Source of the DNA: Candidatus Levybacteria bacterium RIFCSPHIGHO2_01_FULL_37_17
Lineage (GTDB): Bacteria > Patescibacteriota > Microgenomatia > Levybacterales > UBA12049
Length of the DNA stretch: 64,000 nt
NCBI GenBank assembly: GCA_001782035.1
Contig: MFNL01000001.1
Location: 277,012-341,011, forward strand
Direction of reading: 5' to 3'
In this document: piece after piece, positions 28,051-37,614 of the stretch
Layout: each line of letters opens with the position of its first letter
Position numbering within the stretch: the first letter of the stretch is position 1
The notes under the pieces: generated by a model
The model's input: only the letters and a program-made list of their open reading frames with translations
The model's database searches: none
Told to the model about the DNA's origin: nothing
Translations under genes and position numbers: made by a program

Positions 28051-31000
28051 ATCTTTTCTTTAATCTAAGTCCTAAAAGCAAGCTTCCTGTTCCAGTGCCC
28101 AGTAATAGAGCTGCCATTATAACCCAAATCGTATTTTCTCCAGTAGCAGGTAGTTCAGTAGATGCTCCCAAAACCTCCTGGGTCGCTTTATACTCGGCGC
28201 TTGGTTGGCTAGTGTTAACAAGTGAAACTTCTGTTCCGACAAAATTGCTATCCGGGTCTGCCGTATCCAAGTCTCCAGGGTTAACCGCAAGCGCCAAAAT
28301 CAGGCTTGATGGATCTCCGATGGGTGTGCCCTTAGCCCATGCATTATCATAGTATGTTCCGGCTGCTTGCCCGCTGCCTATTGTAGCTTTGTATATTAAA
28401 GTGAATACGTCGCCCGGATTTGCACTACCAAGAGTCCACGTTCCGGGAGATGCATACGTAGGCTCACTTATACTTCCGGTTATATCGGTTGTTGCTCCTA
28501 AATATGGTGTATAGAGAACTTGGTACGAACCACCATTATAAGAGAATCCATCAGGAAGAAGATCGGTAGCCGTTATATTGTCTCCCGGTCCTTGATCTGG
28601 ATCAACTGTTAAGGTCAATGTGTATGTAACAACGTCTCCAGTATTTTTATCCCCAACTGCATCATTTTCCTTAGAAATCGTGAGAAGAGGTTCAGCGTTA
28701 TGATTAAGGATTTGGCAAAATACTGTTTGTCCAGAGCTAACGAAAAGATCAAGCGTATCGTCTTCGTTTATCGCTACTTCTTGACCACAGCTAATTGCAG
28801 TTTGTTCCCATCCATCCTGTAAATTTTCGCCTAATGTGTATGTTCCTGGAATAAGATTATTAAACGTCACTGTTCCAGTAGGATCTGTTAGTTGTGAAGT
28901 TTGTCCTGTTAAATTTATTGTCCAGTCCGAAAGAACAGGATCTTCTCCTTCTAATAGTCCGTTTCCATCTTCATCATTGTATTTCGTAACAATAACTTGA
29001 CCTTCCTGTGTATTAATAAAGGTATAAGACTCATTTTGTCCGCTCGTGGGTGTTTCAAAATCGTGCGTTGAATCATTTAATGGCGTCCATCCATCTCTGT
29101 CTTCTTCGGTTACAGAATAATTATGATTTGGTCCAAGATTTGTAAATGTGTAGCAGCCGTCTTCTCCGGTCGTTTGCGCACTTCCACTTGCAACACCGTC
29201 TACATTAAGTGTCATTTCCCATCCTTGTACATCACTTTGGTCTTCGTCCGTCTCTGGATCTCCGTCAACATCTTCCACCTTACATACAGTAATGTCGATA
29301 TTTTTAAAGTTGACAAAATCTTGTCCCGTAATTGTATCTCCGGCAGTAAGAGTAATGTTATAAAAAAGAGAAGTTAATGCTGTCCATCCAGCTTGAAGCA
29401 CCTCTCTTACCTGATAATAATCTGGGATAAGGTCAGTAAAGCTATAAGAACCATCAGAAAGAGTATTTGTTGTTAAGTAGAAAACACAGCCAATAAAATC
29501 GAATCCACAATTGTTGTAAAGATCAATCACCCAATTTTCAAGTCCAGTTTGATCTCCTGTTGTGTCCGTGTCGCCATCGGCATCTTCAAATTTAGACCCC
29601 AAGACTGAGCCCAGCTTGGTATTATATATTGTGCACTCAGCTGTTTGTCCTGAGGCAACTGCTACTTCCTGACAATCGCTTTCATCTTCGCTCCACCCGG
29701 ATTGTGCCTCCTCATTAACGTCGTATGTCCCTGGTGTGACTGTGAAAGACTCTGAATGGTTTGTAGCAAGCGTTGTTCGGGTTGCCGGAGCAGTTATTGT
29801 TCCAGATCCAGTTGCAGTAATGGTGAATTCGGTTAGATCATTGGTCGGATCTGTAACTTTATGAACAATTAAAGTCCCGTTGTCGATCGCATTACAAATA
29901 GTAATTTCATTAGTTTCACCGGGTTCAACCTCAATCACTGCCGGTAATGTATGATAAGCCGCTGGTTCAGGAAGGCTCTCACAACTATAGTCTTGGTTTG
30001 AAGGGAACCATCCAACAAAGTGGTAACCGGAAACGCTACTCTCATCAACTGAGTGTTCTCCTGGCTCAACATCGTTAACTGGAGAGCCCATTGTGTTAGT
30101 ACCTGACCCATCAAGGCTCCAGCTAAATCCTAACCCATCTGCTTCTGTATTTTCATCATCAGTAGATCCCTCATCGCTAAATCCGTTGGCATTTCCGTCT
30201 ACAATTTTATTTACCTTAACCGAGCCTGTTTCTGGCTCACAACCGTTGAGATCAATCGTTGCGCTATCTGAATTATTAGAGGTTGTTCCCTCTTCTGTAG
30301 CAGCACTAACACTGACCTCATTTATTAAAGCCGGACAATCATCCTCGGTTGTCACTCTTGTAACGGTATAAGTACGGCTTCCAGATACTCCAAGATCAAT
30401 ATTGGTACATTGGAAACTTCCAGTTGCGTTTTGATCACAAGCTGAGCCGCCTGTATAGTTTACAGCCCAGGTTCCGGGTGGAAGAATATCGTCAAGAACA
30501 ACATCGTTTATACTTTCGCCTCCGACAGAAGAAACGACGATTGTAAATTGGGCCGAATCTCCGACATTGATTGGTCCGTTCCCCACTTTCGTAACTTCGA
30601 CATCTTTACAAGCGAGAGTTATACTTTGTGAGTCAGAGTTATTTGCACTATTACCATCATTTAAGACGGTAATTGTTGCCGTATTATCAATTACACCACA
30701 GTCATCAATATCAGTAGTAGCTTTTACTTGAATTGTCTTTGAGGCTCCAGAGGCTAAGCTGTTGATAGTGCAAGTAAGGAGGTTTCCAACGATAGTACAG
30801 CTTGTCCCCGTAGGAAATCCACTCGCTCCGTCCTCTTCCCAAACTAATCCGCTTGTACCACTTGGAAGATTGTCGGTAAGAGTAAAATTTCCGCTAGCTT
30901 GATCACTTTCATTCTTAACAATTATGTTGTAATGTGCAACAGCCCCTGCACTTATACTTGCATCATCAGCTGTTTTATTTACGCTTACGTCAATGCAGTC

Positions 31001-32122
31001 TTCGACTGTAATCTTATTGTTATTGTCGGAAGCATTAAGTGTATTTCCGTTTCGACTATTAATTGCGGTGGCGCTAGCGTCGTTTGAGATTACTCCGCAG
31101 AATCCGGTCGTATCTTGACTTACGGTAATCGTCTTTGTTTGTCCTTTTGGCATATCGCCAAAGTTACAAGTTAAAAGATTGCTGCCGTTGATACTACAAG
31201 AAGCTGCATCAGCTCCTCCTAAAGTCCAAGAACCGACTGGGAGCTGGTCTGTCAAAACTACGTTTTGGGCCGTTGTGCCAGTGGCGCTTGCATCTGTGTC
31301 TACTGATATCGTGTATGTTGCTGTATCACCTGAATTAATGGTTGAATCCGCAGCTGTCTTGGTTACGTCGATCTTTGCGTCTGTGTCAGTAAAGGTGATA
31401 GATGCAACTAAAATATTTGAAGAATCAAAAACCTCAACTTTATAGTTCAACCTCTCGATCCCGTCCAGCTGATAAGCGTAAATAAAACTTCCTTCCTCAT
31501 TCGAATTAACATCATCTTCAAAATGTACAGGGGGAAGATCTTCAGAAGATATAATTATTTTGTAAGTAGTATTGGGAAAAAAGTTTCTACCGGTGATAAA
31601 AACAGCATCATCTGGAAAATAATCAGCCTTATCTGTAACAAGACTTGCGCTTTTTTCAGAAGTTAATATCGTGTCGCTATTTAAAAGCTCTGAGGAGCCG
31701 GAATTTATTGATTCTGCGGAAACATTATCAAGTATTACCATGTTAAGTTCTGTATTTAAATCTGTTTGTTCCAGCTCTGAACCTGAAGAGGCTTGATTTT
31801 CTAAGGCACTTGTTGACGAAGGAGGAGACAGATTGTCAACCTGAGTAGTATCGTTAGCGGTTGGTGAATCAGTCGGCTCTTGTGAAACAGTTTCTGATTG
31901 CGTGTCGCTTGGTGTGGGGGTAATTGTGTGTGTCGGTGTACCTTGCTCTACAACGGGAGTTGGAGTTGGTGCATCCGTTGGTGTTGATTGATCAACCGTT
32001 TCGGCGGGTGTTTCAGTTGTCGTTACTTCTTGGGCAGAAACCACATAAGGACTAATCGATTGGGCAATAAGCGATAATACTGCGACAAAAACAATAAATT
32101 TTTTAATTAATGTTTGTTTCAC
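28040..32122 (-). CDS. giant LPXTG-anchored cell-surface protein / adhesin (1360 aa) with repeated DUF11-like and Cna-B/SpaA-like beta-sandwich domains
   Basis: Signal peptide MKQTLIKKFIVFVAVLSLIAQS; T/P-rich linker; repeated ...VxKTAxxxxIxxGxxAxYxIxVxN...LxDxLPxG and GxYxFxxLxPGxYxxxE modules; C-terminus LPATGE plus hydrophobic stretch plus RLKKRYEK. Confidence 0.8.
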   Translation of the reverse strand: MKQTLIKKFIVFVAVLSLIAQSISPYVVSAQEVTTTETPAETVDQSTPTDAPTPTPVVEQGTPTHTITPTPSDTQSETVSQEPTDSPTANDTTQVDNLSPPSSTSALENQASSGSELEQTDLNTELNMVILDNVSAESINSGSSELLNSDTILTSEKSASLVTDKADYFPDDAVFITGRNFFPNTTYKIIISSEDLPPVHFEDDVNSNEEGSFIYAYQLDGIERLNYKVEVFDSSNILVASITFTDTDAKIDVTKTAADSTINSGDTATYTISVDTDASATGTTAQNVVLTDQLPVGSWTLGGADAASCSINGSNLLTCNFGDMPKGQTKTITVSQDTTGFCGVISNDASATAINSRNGNTLNASDNNNKITVEDCIDVSVNKTADDASISAGAVAHYNIIVKNESDQASGNFTLTDNLPSGTSGLVWEEDGASGFPTGTSCTIVGNLLTCTINSLASGASKTIQVKATTDIDDCGVIDNTATITVLNDGNSANNSDSQSITLACKDVEVTKVGNGPINVGDSAQFTIVVSSVGGESINDVVLDDILPPGTWAVNYTGGSACDQNATGSFQCTNIDLGVSGSRTYTVTRVTTEDDCPALINEVSVSAATEEGTTSNNSDSATIDLNGCEPETGSVKVNKIVDGNANGFSDEGSTDDENTEADGLGFSWSLDGSGTNTMGSPVNDVEPGEHSVDESSVSGYHFVGWFPSNQDYSCESLPEPAAYHTLPAVIEVEPGETNEITICNAIDNGTLIVHKVTDPTNDLTEFTITATGSGTITAPATRTTLATNHSESFTVTPGTYDVNEEAQSGWSEDESDCQEVAVASGQTAECTIYNTKLGSVLGSKFEDADGDTDTTGDQTGLENWVIDLYNNCGFDFIGCVFYLTTNTLSDGSYSFTDLIPDYYQVREVLQAGWTALTSLFYNITLTAGDTITGQDFVNFKNIDITVCKVEDVDGDPETDEDQSDVQGWEMTLNVDGVASGSAQTTGEDGCYTFTNLGPNHNYSVTEEDRDGWTPLNDSTHDFETPTSGQNESYTFINTQEGQVIVTKYNDEDGNGLLEGEDPVLSDWTINLTGQTSQLTDPTGTVTFNNLIPGTYTLGENLQDGWEQTAISCGQEVAINEDDTLDLFVSSGQTVFCQILNHNAEPLLTISKENDAVGDKNTGDVVTYTLTLTVDPDQGPGDNITATDLLPDGFSYNGGSYQVLYTPYLGATTDITGSISEPTYASPGTWTLGSANPGDVFTLIYKATIGSGQAAGTYYDNAWAKGTPIGDPSSLILALAVNPGDLDTADPDSNFVGTEVSLVNTSQPSAEYKATQEVLGASTELPATGENTIWVIMAALLLGTGTGSLLLGLRLKKRYEK

Positions 32123-32297
32123 TCAAGCAAAACCCTCATCCATCCAAATTTAGATGTCGCGATAGTACCACCAACAGTAATAAAGTACAATACCCTATAG
32201 TAGTAATAAAACAAAGGCAATTTTATAGACCTATAGCTATGTTTCAAGACGTTTAAATTTGACAATATTATTATTGTTTGGTAGTATTTTTTTAACA

Positions 32298-32879
32298 ATG
32301 AAAATTAAGATTGTTTTTCTAATTTTCATCCTTCTTTTTACCTTATCTATATTTCCTGTATTTGCTCAAGATGAGAACTCGACCATAACTCCAACTACAA
32401 AAAGAATTGAAGTGAGACAAAAAACTCAAGAAAGAATTGAGACGGTTAAAGAAAATATTGCCCAAAGACTGGAAGGAATAAAATTACGATCCTGTCAAGC
32501 AAGAGAAAATGCAATAAATAACAGAATAAACAGCCTAACCAGACTTACCGGAAATATGGAAGTAAAATTTGCGAGCATCTCGGCAAGAGTGCAAGAGTAC
32601 TATAGCAGTACTCTAGTTCCGGATGGAAAAACCCTTTCTAACTACGATAGTCTGCTATCTGATATTTCGGCAAAAAAAGATGCAGTAGATGCAGCATTAG
32701 CGACAGCTAAAGCATTGGGTGAGGATTTTTCGTGTCAGGCGGACAATCCAAAAAGTTTATTTACAACTTTTAGAGAAAACATGCAGGCAGTTAAAAGTGC
32801 GCTAAAAGAATACAGAACATCAATAAAAAATTTAATAGTTGCGATTAGAACCTTAAACTCGGAAGAAAATTCAGAATAA
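32298..32879 (+). CDS. hypothetical secreted coiled-coil protein
   Basis: Signal peptide MKIKIVFLIFILLFTLSIFPVFA; start trimmed from ORF-track 32259. Confidence 0.4.
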   Translation: MKIKIVFLIFILLFTLSIFPVFAQDENSTITPTTKRIEVRQKTQERIETVKENIAQRLEGIKLRSCQARENAINNRINSLTRLTGNMEVKFASISARVQEYYSSTLVPDGKTLSNYDSLLSDISAKKDAVDAALATAKALGEDFSCQADNPKSLFTTFRENMQAVKSALKEYRTSIKNLIVAIRTLNSEENSE

Positions 32880-32880
32880 C

Positions 32881-33117
32881 ATGAAACCTAATTATCTGAC
32901 ATTAATTTTAACAGCTGTTATAGTGCTTATAGTTTTAGTTGGAGCATATCTTTTTTTAAGCAAGGGCAATACGTATGCCCCCACGACTCAAAATGAAGTA
33001 ACAGTAATTGAAAATCCTCAAGACTTAAACGAGGCTAATAGTGCATTAGATAGCGAGGATCTAGACAATATAGACTCATCTTTGGACCAACTTGATTTGG
33101 AAGCTGCAAGCTTTTAG
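32881..33117 (+). CDS. hypothetical small membrane protein (78 aa)
   Basis: Single N-terminal TM, acidic C-terminus; start overlaps previous stop. Confidence 0.35.
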   Translation: MKPNYLTLILTAVIVLIVLVGAYLFLSKGNTYAPTTQNEVTVIENPQDLNEANSALDSEDLDNIDSSLDQLDLEAASF

Positions 33118-33119
33118 GC

Positions 33120-34211
33120 TTATATCCACCTCTTAATACGGAAGTAAAAAAGCATTATAAGAATAGGTACAATTGAAATTATACAAATTAAGATAAATGT
33201 TGTGTAGGGTCCCCAAAAGTCCCATGGTCCAGTTTCAATTCCACCAGGCAAAAGGATGTTCATGCCAAAAAAAGTCCCAAAAACAGTAGCAGGAATGGTT
33301 AAGGTAAATATTATAGTAAGAAATGCAATTATTTCATTATTTTTAGAATTTATAAGAGATTCGTTGCTTTCGGAAATACCTTCAATTAGCTCACGGTTGT
33401 TTTCCAGTCTTTCAGATAAAGTTTGAATGTGATCTAAAACGTTGCCCCAATAAGACTTCATGGTCCCGTTAAAAACTTCGTATTTTCCCTCTTCAAGCTG
33501 TTTTAGGATTGGTAAAACGGCTCGAATCATTGTATGAAAATAAACTATATTCCTTCTGGTTACAGATATATCTTCCAATATGTCTTGAGATTTCTTGGTT
33601 TCAAGATGCCTGTCTATTCTTTCAATTTTCGCAGAGAGCTCATTAACAATAGGAAAACACATATCAACTAAAGCATCAATTATCCTATATCCAAAAAAAA
33701 TCGGGCCTTTGCCCATAAAATCGTCTCTACTTGAAATATTCTTTTCGCAAATCTTAAAAATCTCATCCAAAATAGGTATTTCATTGTCGTGGAGAAGTAT
33801 TAAATACCCCTTTCCCATAAAAAGATATACTTGACTATAAAATATTCTTTTTTTCTCTGGATGAGCTTGTTTTGGGAGAGTGTAGGAAAGAGCTTTAGTG
33901 GGAAGCGTAAGAATATTACTAATAGTACTTTTAACAAATTTTAATGGTCGCTTTACATATGGAGTGCTTGGAAGATCTTCACCAAGTCTTTCTATATAGT
34001 TTTTAGCAGTTGTTAGAACAGGAAAGTCCAAAACTATGAGGCTGTAATCCTCATAAACTTCTATTTTGGAAATCTGAGTTTTATTCTCAAAATCCTCAAG
34101 GTCTAGAGGATTAAACTTATATGCTTTAATTAGCTTTTTAAGAACCTCGTCTCTTGGGTTTGCAATACTTAGGAATTGAAAATTCTTATGGTTTATTCTT
34201 TTGATATCCAT
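33120..34211 (-). CDS. corA: CorA-family magnesium/cobalt transporter
   Basis: Two C-terminal TM helices with GMN signature (FFGMNILLPG); 363 aa. Confidence 0.85.
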   Translation of the reverse strand: MDIKRINHKNFQFLSIANPRDEVLKKLIKAYKFNPLDLEDFENKTQISKIEVYEDYSLIVLDFPVLTTAKNYIERLGEDLPSTPYVKRPLKFVKSTISNILTLPTKALSYTLPKQAHPEKKRIFYSQVYLFMGKGYLILLHDNEIPILDEIFKICEKNISSRDDFMGKGPIFFGYRIIDALVDMCFPIVNELSAKIERIDRHLETKKSQDILEDISVTRRNIVYFHTMIRAVLPILKQLEEGKYEVFNGTMKSYWGNVLDHIQTLSERLENNRELIEGISESNESLINSKNNEIIAFLTIIFTLTIPATVFGTFFGMNILLPGGIETGPWDFWGPYTTFILICIISIVPILIMLFYFRIKRWI

Positions 34212-34313
34212 AATTAAATATTAAACTTACACTAAATTATGCCGGCTAAAAAGACACAATACTTTAATTTTAGTTTCGTTATATAATTAGTGTCAACCCG
34301 CAATATTAAGGGC

Positions 34314-34348
34314 TTGACATTCTAGCAGATGATATGATAGAGTGCTAA
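34314..34348 (+). promoter_or_regulatory. TTGACA -35 box plus CIRCE-like inverted repeat (cTAGCAgat-N9-GAGTGCTAA) upstream of lon
   Basis: Right half-site is a perfect match to CIRCE GAGTGCTAA, left half 5/9; ends 7 nt before lon ATG. Confidence 0.35.
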
Positions 34349-34354
34349 TAGAAA

Positions 34355-36718
34355 ATGCAAAGAGTTGTTCCGATAATACCAATTAGAGATGGAATAATAT
34401 TCCCCTATACCGATTCGGTATTAACCTTCGGCAGGCCAAAGAGCCTAGCTGCGCTTGAATATTCTTTTGCACAGGAGCGAATAGTCGGATTTGTTTTGCA
34501 GAAAAACGCAAAATTGAATGAACCTTCTTCTTCCGACCTCTACGCTATAGGCACCTTGTCCCACATCGAGCGAATGATAAAAAGTGAAGGAGAAATTAAT
34601 GCTCAAGTTAAGGGTTTATCAAGAATTAAAATACTTGAATATCTCCAAGATACCCCCTATTTAATGGCAAGAGTGGAAGAAGTAGAAGATACATTCCAAG
34701 ATACCCCAGAAATAAAAGCTCTTACAAACCACTTAATTACAGAGTTTAGAAAAGCAGTAAACTTGGGCAAATTTGTGGATTTTCTGGTTTTTATGAATGT
34801 TATGTCTGACAACAGCGCTACTCAACTTGCTGATCTGGTAGCCTCCGTTCTTGATCTAAAACCAAGCGAGAAGCAAGAAATTTTAGAGGAGAAAGATGTA
34901 AAGAAAAGACTAGAAAAAATAATTGAAATTCTTTCAAAAGAAATTAAGGTTTTGGAACTTGAGAAAAAGATTGCATCAAAGACGCAAGAAAGATTTGAGA
35001 AAGGCGCAAGAGAGGTAATGCTTCGCGAAAGACTTAAGACTATAGAAAAAGAGCTTGGGGAAAATGAAGAAGACGGTGAAATAAGAGAACTTTATACGAA
35101 GCTAAAAGAAGCCAAAATGCCTGAAGACACAGAGGAAAAGGCCAAGAAAGAAATAAAAAAGCTTTCCCAAATGAACCAGTTTAATCCGGAGTCCGCGTAC
35201 ATCAGAAATTATTTGGATTGGCTACTTTCACTTCCATGGTCGCTTGAAAGTAAAAATAGCGTAGATATAAAGCAGGCTGAGAAAATTCTTGATGAAGATC
35301 ATTATGGGCTTGATAAAGTTAAAGAAAGAATCACTGAATATTTAGCAGTACACAAATTGGCCGGTAAAATGAAAGGTCCGATCCTTTGCTTTGTAGGACC
35401 GCCGGGGGTGGGAAAAACTTCTATTGGCAAATCTATTGCTAGAGCACTAGGAAGACAATTTGTTAAAGTTTCATTAGGAGGAATAAGAGATGAAGCGGAA
35501 ATCAGAGGACACAGAAGAACTTACGTTGGGGCTTTGCCTGGAAGAATAATACAAGGTATTAAAGATGCTAAAACCAAAAACCCGGTTTTTATGCTTGATG
35601 AGATAGACAAGGTTGGAATCGACTTTAGGGGAGACCCCTCCTCTGCATTGCTTGAGGCCTTAGATCCTGAACAAAACCACGCATTTTCAGACCACTATTT
35701 AGAAGTACCATTTGATCTTTCTGACGTAATGTTTGTTACGACTGCAAATATTTTGGATACTATCCCCCCGGCACTTCGCGATAGATTGGAAGTAATTAAT
35801 TTTGCAGGATATACCCAAGATGAAAAATTCAAAATAGTTAAAGACTTTCTTCTTAAAAAACAAATGGAAGCTCACGGATTAAAACCTTCTGATATCGAAA
35901 TAACAGATAAGGCAATTAAATTTGTAGCAGAACATTATACCAGAGAAGCTGGAGTAAGAAGCCTGGAGCGGGAAATTGCGGCATTATTTAGAAAAGTTGC
36001 AAAACAAGTAGCAGAAGGGAAAAAGAAAAAAGTTATCATTACAGAGAAAAATGTGCCAAAGTTTTTAGGACCAATTAAAATTAGTTCTACTTTAATTGAA
36101 AAGAAAGATGAAACCGGTATGTCTACAGGACTGGCGTGGACGGAGGCAGGTGGAGACGTACTATTTATAGAAGTTGCTTTAATGCCTGGGAAGGGAAATT
36201 TAATTCTAACAGGACAACTTGGGGAGGTAATGAAAGAATCTTGCCAAGCAGCAATGAGCTATATAAGAGCAAGAGCAAGAGCACTGGGCTTGGATGAAAA
36301 GTTTTACCAGAGACTTGATATTCATGTGCACGTTCCTGAAGGCGCGGTTCCCAAAGACGGTCCCTCGGCCGGTATCGCAATTACAACTGCAATTGCATCA
36401 GCCCTCACCAAAATTCCGGTAAACAGAAAAGTTGGTATGACAGGTGAAGTAACTTTAAGAGGAAGAGCTTTAGAAATTGGAGGAGTCAAAGAAAAAGTAA
36501 TAGCAGCTCATAGAGCAGGGCTAAAAACCGTAATTTTACCCAAGGAAAATAAGAAAGACTTGGAAGATGTTCCAAAAGAAGTAATAAAAGACCTTAGCTT
36601 TAAGTTTGTTTCACATATGGATGAGGTATTAGATGTTGCGCTAACTCAGCATGTTCAAAAACAGCAAGAGCATTTTCAACGACCTGTTTTACATGCAACT
36701 CCTCCGCAAGTAGATTAG
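34355..36718 (+). CDS. lon: ATP-dependent protease Lon
   Basis: Lon N-domain, Walker [10 protein letters not shown], catalytic Ser in [10 protein letters not shown] and Lys in [10 protein letters not shown]...GGVKEK. Confidence 0.95.
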   Translation: MQRVVPIIPIRDGIIFPYTDSVLTFGRPKSLAALEYSFAQERIVGFVLQKNAKLNEPSSSDLYAIGTLSHIERMIKSEGEINAQVKGLSRIKILEYLQDTPYLMARVEEVEDTFQDTPEIKALTNHLITEFRKAVNLGKFVDFLVFMNVMSDNSATQLADLVASVLDLKPSEKQEILEEKDVKKRLEKIIEILSKEIKVLELEKKIASKTQERFEKGAREVMLRERLKTIEKELGENEEDGEIRELYTKLKEAKMPEDTEEKAKKEIKKLSQMNQFNPESAYIRNYLDWLLSLPWSLESKNSVDIKQAEKILDEDHYGLDKVKERITEYLAVHKLAGKMKGPILCFVGPPGVGKTSIGKSIARALGRQFVKVSLGGIRDEAEIRGHRRTYVGALPGRIIQGIKDAKTKNPVFMLDEIDKVGIDFRGDPSSALLEALDPEQNHAFSDHYLEVPFDLSDVMFVTTANILDTIPPALRDRLEVINFAGYTQDEKFKIVKDFLLKKQMEAHGLKPSDIEITDKAIKFVAEHYTREAGVRSLEREIAALFRKVAKQVAEGKKKKVIITEKNVPKFLGPIKISSTLIEKKDETGMSTGLAWTEAGGDVLFIEVALMPGKGNLILTGQLGEVMKESCQAAMSYIRARARALGLDEKFYQRLDIHVHVPEGAVPKDGPSAGIAITTAIASALTKIPVNRKVGMTGEVTLRGRALEIGGVKEKVIAAHRAGLKTVILPKENKKDLEDVPKEVIKDLSFKFVSHMDEVLDVALTQHVQKQQEHFQRPVLHATPPQVD

Positions 36719-36720
36719 TG

Positions 36721-36794
36721 TACCCCGTATGGGAATCGAACCCATGATCTCGACATTGAGAATGTCGCGTCCTGGACCGCTAGACGAACGGGGC
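36721..36794 (-). tRNA. tRNA-Glu (anticodon CTC)
   Basis: Reverse complement GCCCCGTTCGTCTAGCGGTCCAGGACGCGACATTCTCAATGTCGAGATCATGGGTTCGATTCCCATACGGGGTA folds as cloverleaf; D-arm near-identical to bacterial tRNA-Glu. Confidence 0.85.
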
Positions 36795-36823
36795 ATGTCT
36801 ATATTTTACCTCAAACTGGCAGT

Positions 36824-36852
36824 TTAGACAATTGAGCTTGTTTTGCTATAAT
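36824..36852 (+). promoter_or_regulatory. candidate promoter TTAGAC-N17-TATAAT for the glycosylation gene array
   Basis: Hexamers and spacing read directly; 7 nt upstream of first GT2 gene start. Confidence 0.4.
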
Positions 36853-36858
36853 CAATGA

Positions 36859-37614
36859 GTGGATAATGTTTATTTAAGCGTTGTTATTCCCTCATATAAC
36901 GAAATCGCAAATCTTCGGAAAGGGACACTAGATAAGGTCCAGCACTTTTTGGAAAAGCAAACTTATTCTTATGAAGTATTAATTGTTGATGATGGCTCAA
37001 CAGATGGAAGCTTAGAGTTTGTAGAAAAGTTCATATTGGAAAATCCCAAGTTCAAAATATTGAAAAATCAGCATTTGGGAAAAGCAGGTGCAGTTACCTC
37101 GGGCATGCTAAATGCAAAAGGAGAACTGCGCCTTTTTACAGATATGGACCAGGCAACTCCGATTGAGGAAGTTAATGAGCTGACCCCTTTTACTAAAAAG
37201 GGATACGACGTGGTAATTGGCTCAAGAAGTTCGCATAGAGAAGGTTCTCCCCTGACTCGTCAATTCATATCATTATCCGCAATACTGTTGCGAAGAGTAC
37301 TCGTTGGCTTGAATGAAATATCGGATACCCAATGCGGATTCAAGTTGTTCACAAGAGATGCGGCAGATTTGCTTTTTAATAAAATAAGCGATATTCATCA
37401 TGGTTTCCATAAGATATCGGGCTCTGCAGTTACAGCAGGTTTTGATGTTGAGCTTTTATATTTAGCAAAAATTGAAGGTTTAAAAGTTAAAGAAGTTCCG
37501 GTCGACTGGCTATATGTTGAGACAAGAAGAGTGAGTCCAGTATCAGATTCTGTTAATGGGTTCTTAGATTTTGTAAGAATAGGTATTAATAGATTTAGGG
37601 GTAAATATAGATGA
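36859..37614 (+). CDS. GT2 glycosyltransferase, Dol-P/Und-P-sugar synthase-like (DPM1/GtrB-like)
   Basis: LSVVIPSYNE...VLIVDDGSTDGS, DxD (TDMD), soluble 251 aa. Confidence 0.8.
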   Translation: MDNVYLSVVIPSYNEIANLRKGTLDKVQHFLEKQTYSYEVLIVDDGSTDGSLEFVEKFILENPKFKILKNQHLGKAGAVTSGMLNAKGELRLFTDMDQATPIEEVNELTPFTKKGYDVVIGSRSSHREGSPLTRQFISLSAILLRRVLVGLNEISDTQCGFKLFTRDAADLLFNKISDIHHGFHKISGSAVTAGFDVELLYLAKIEGLKVKEVPVDWLYVETRRVSPVSDSVNGFLDFVRIGINRFRGKYR

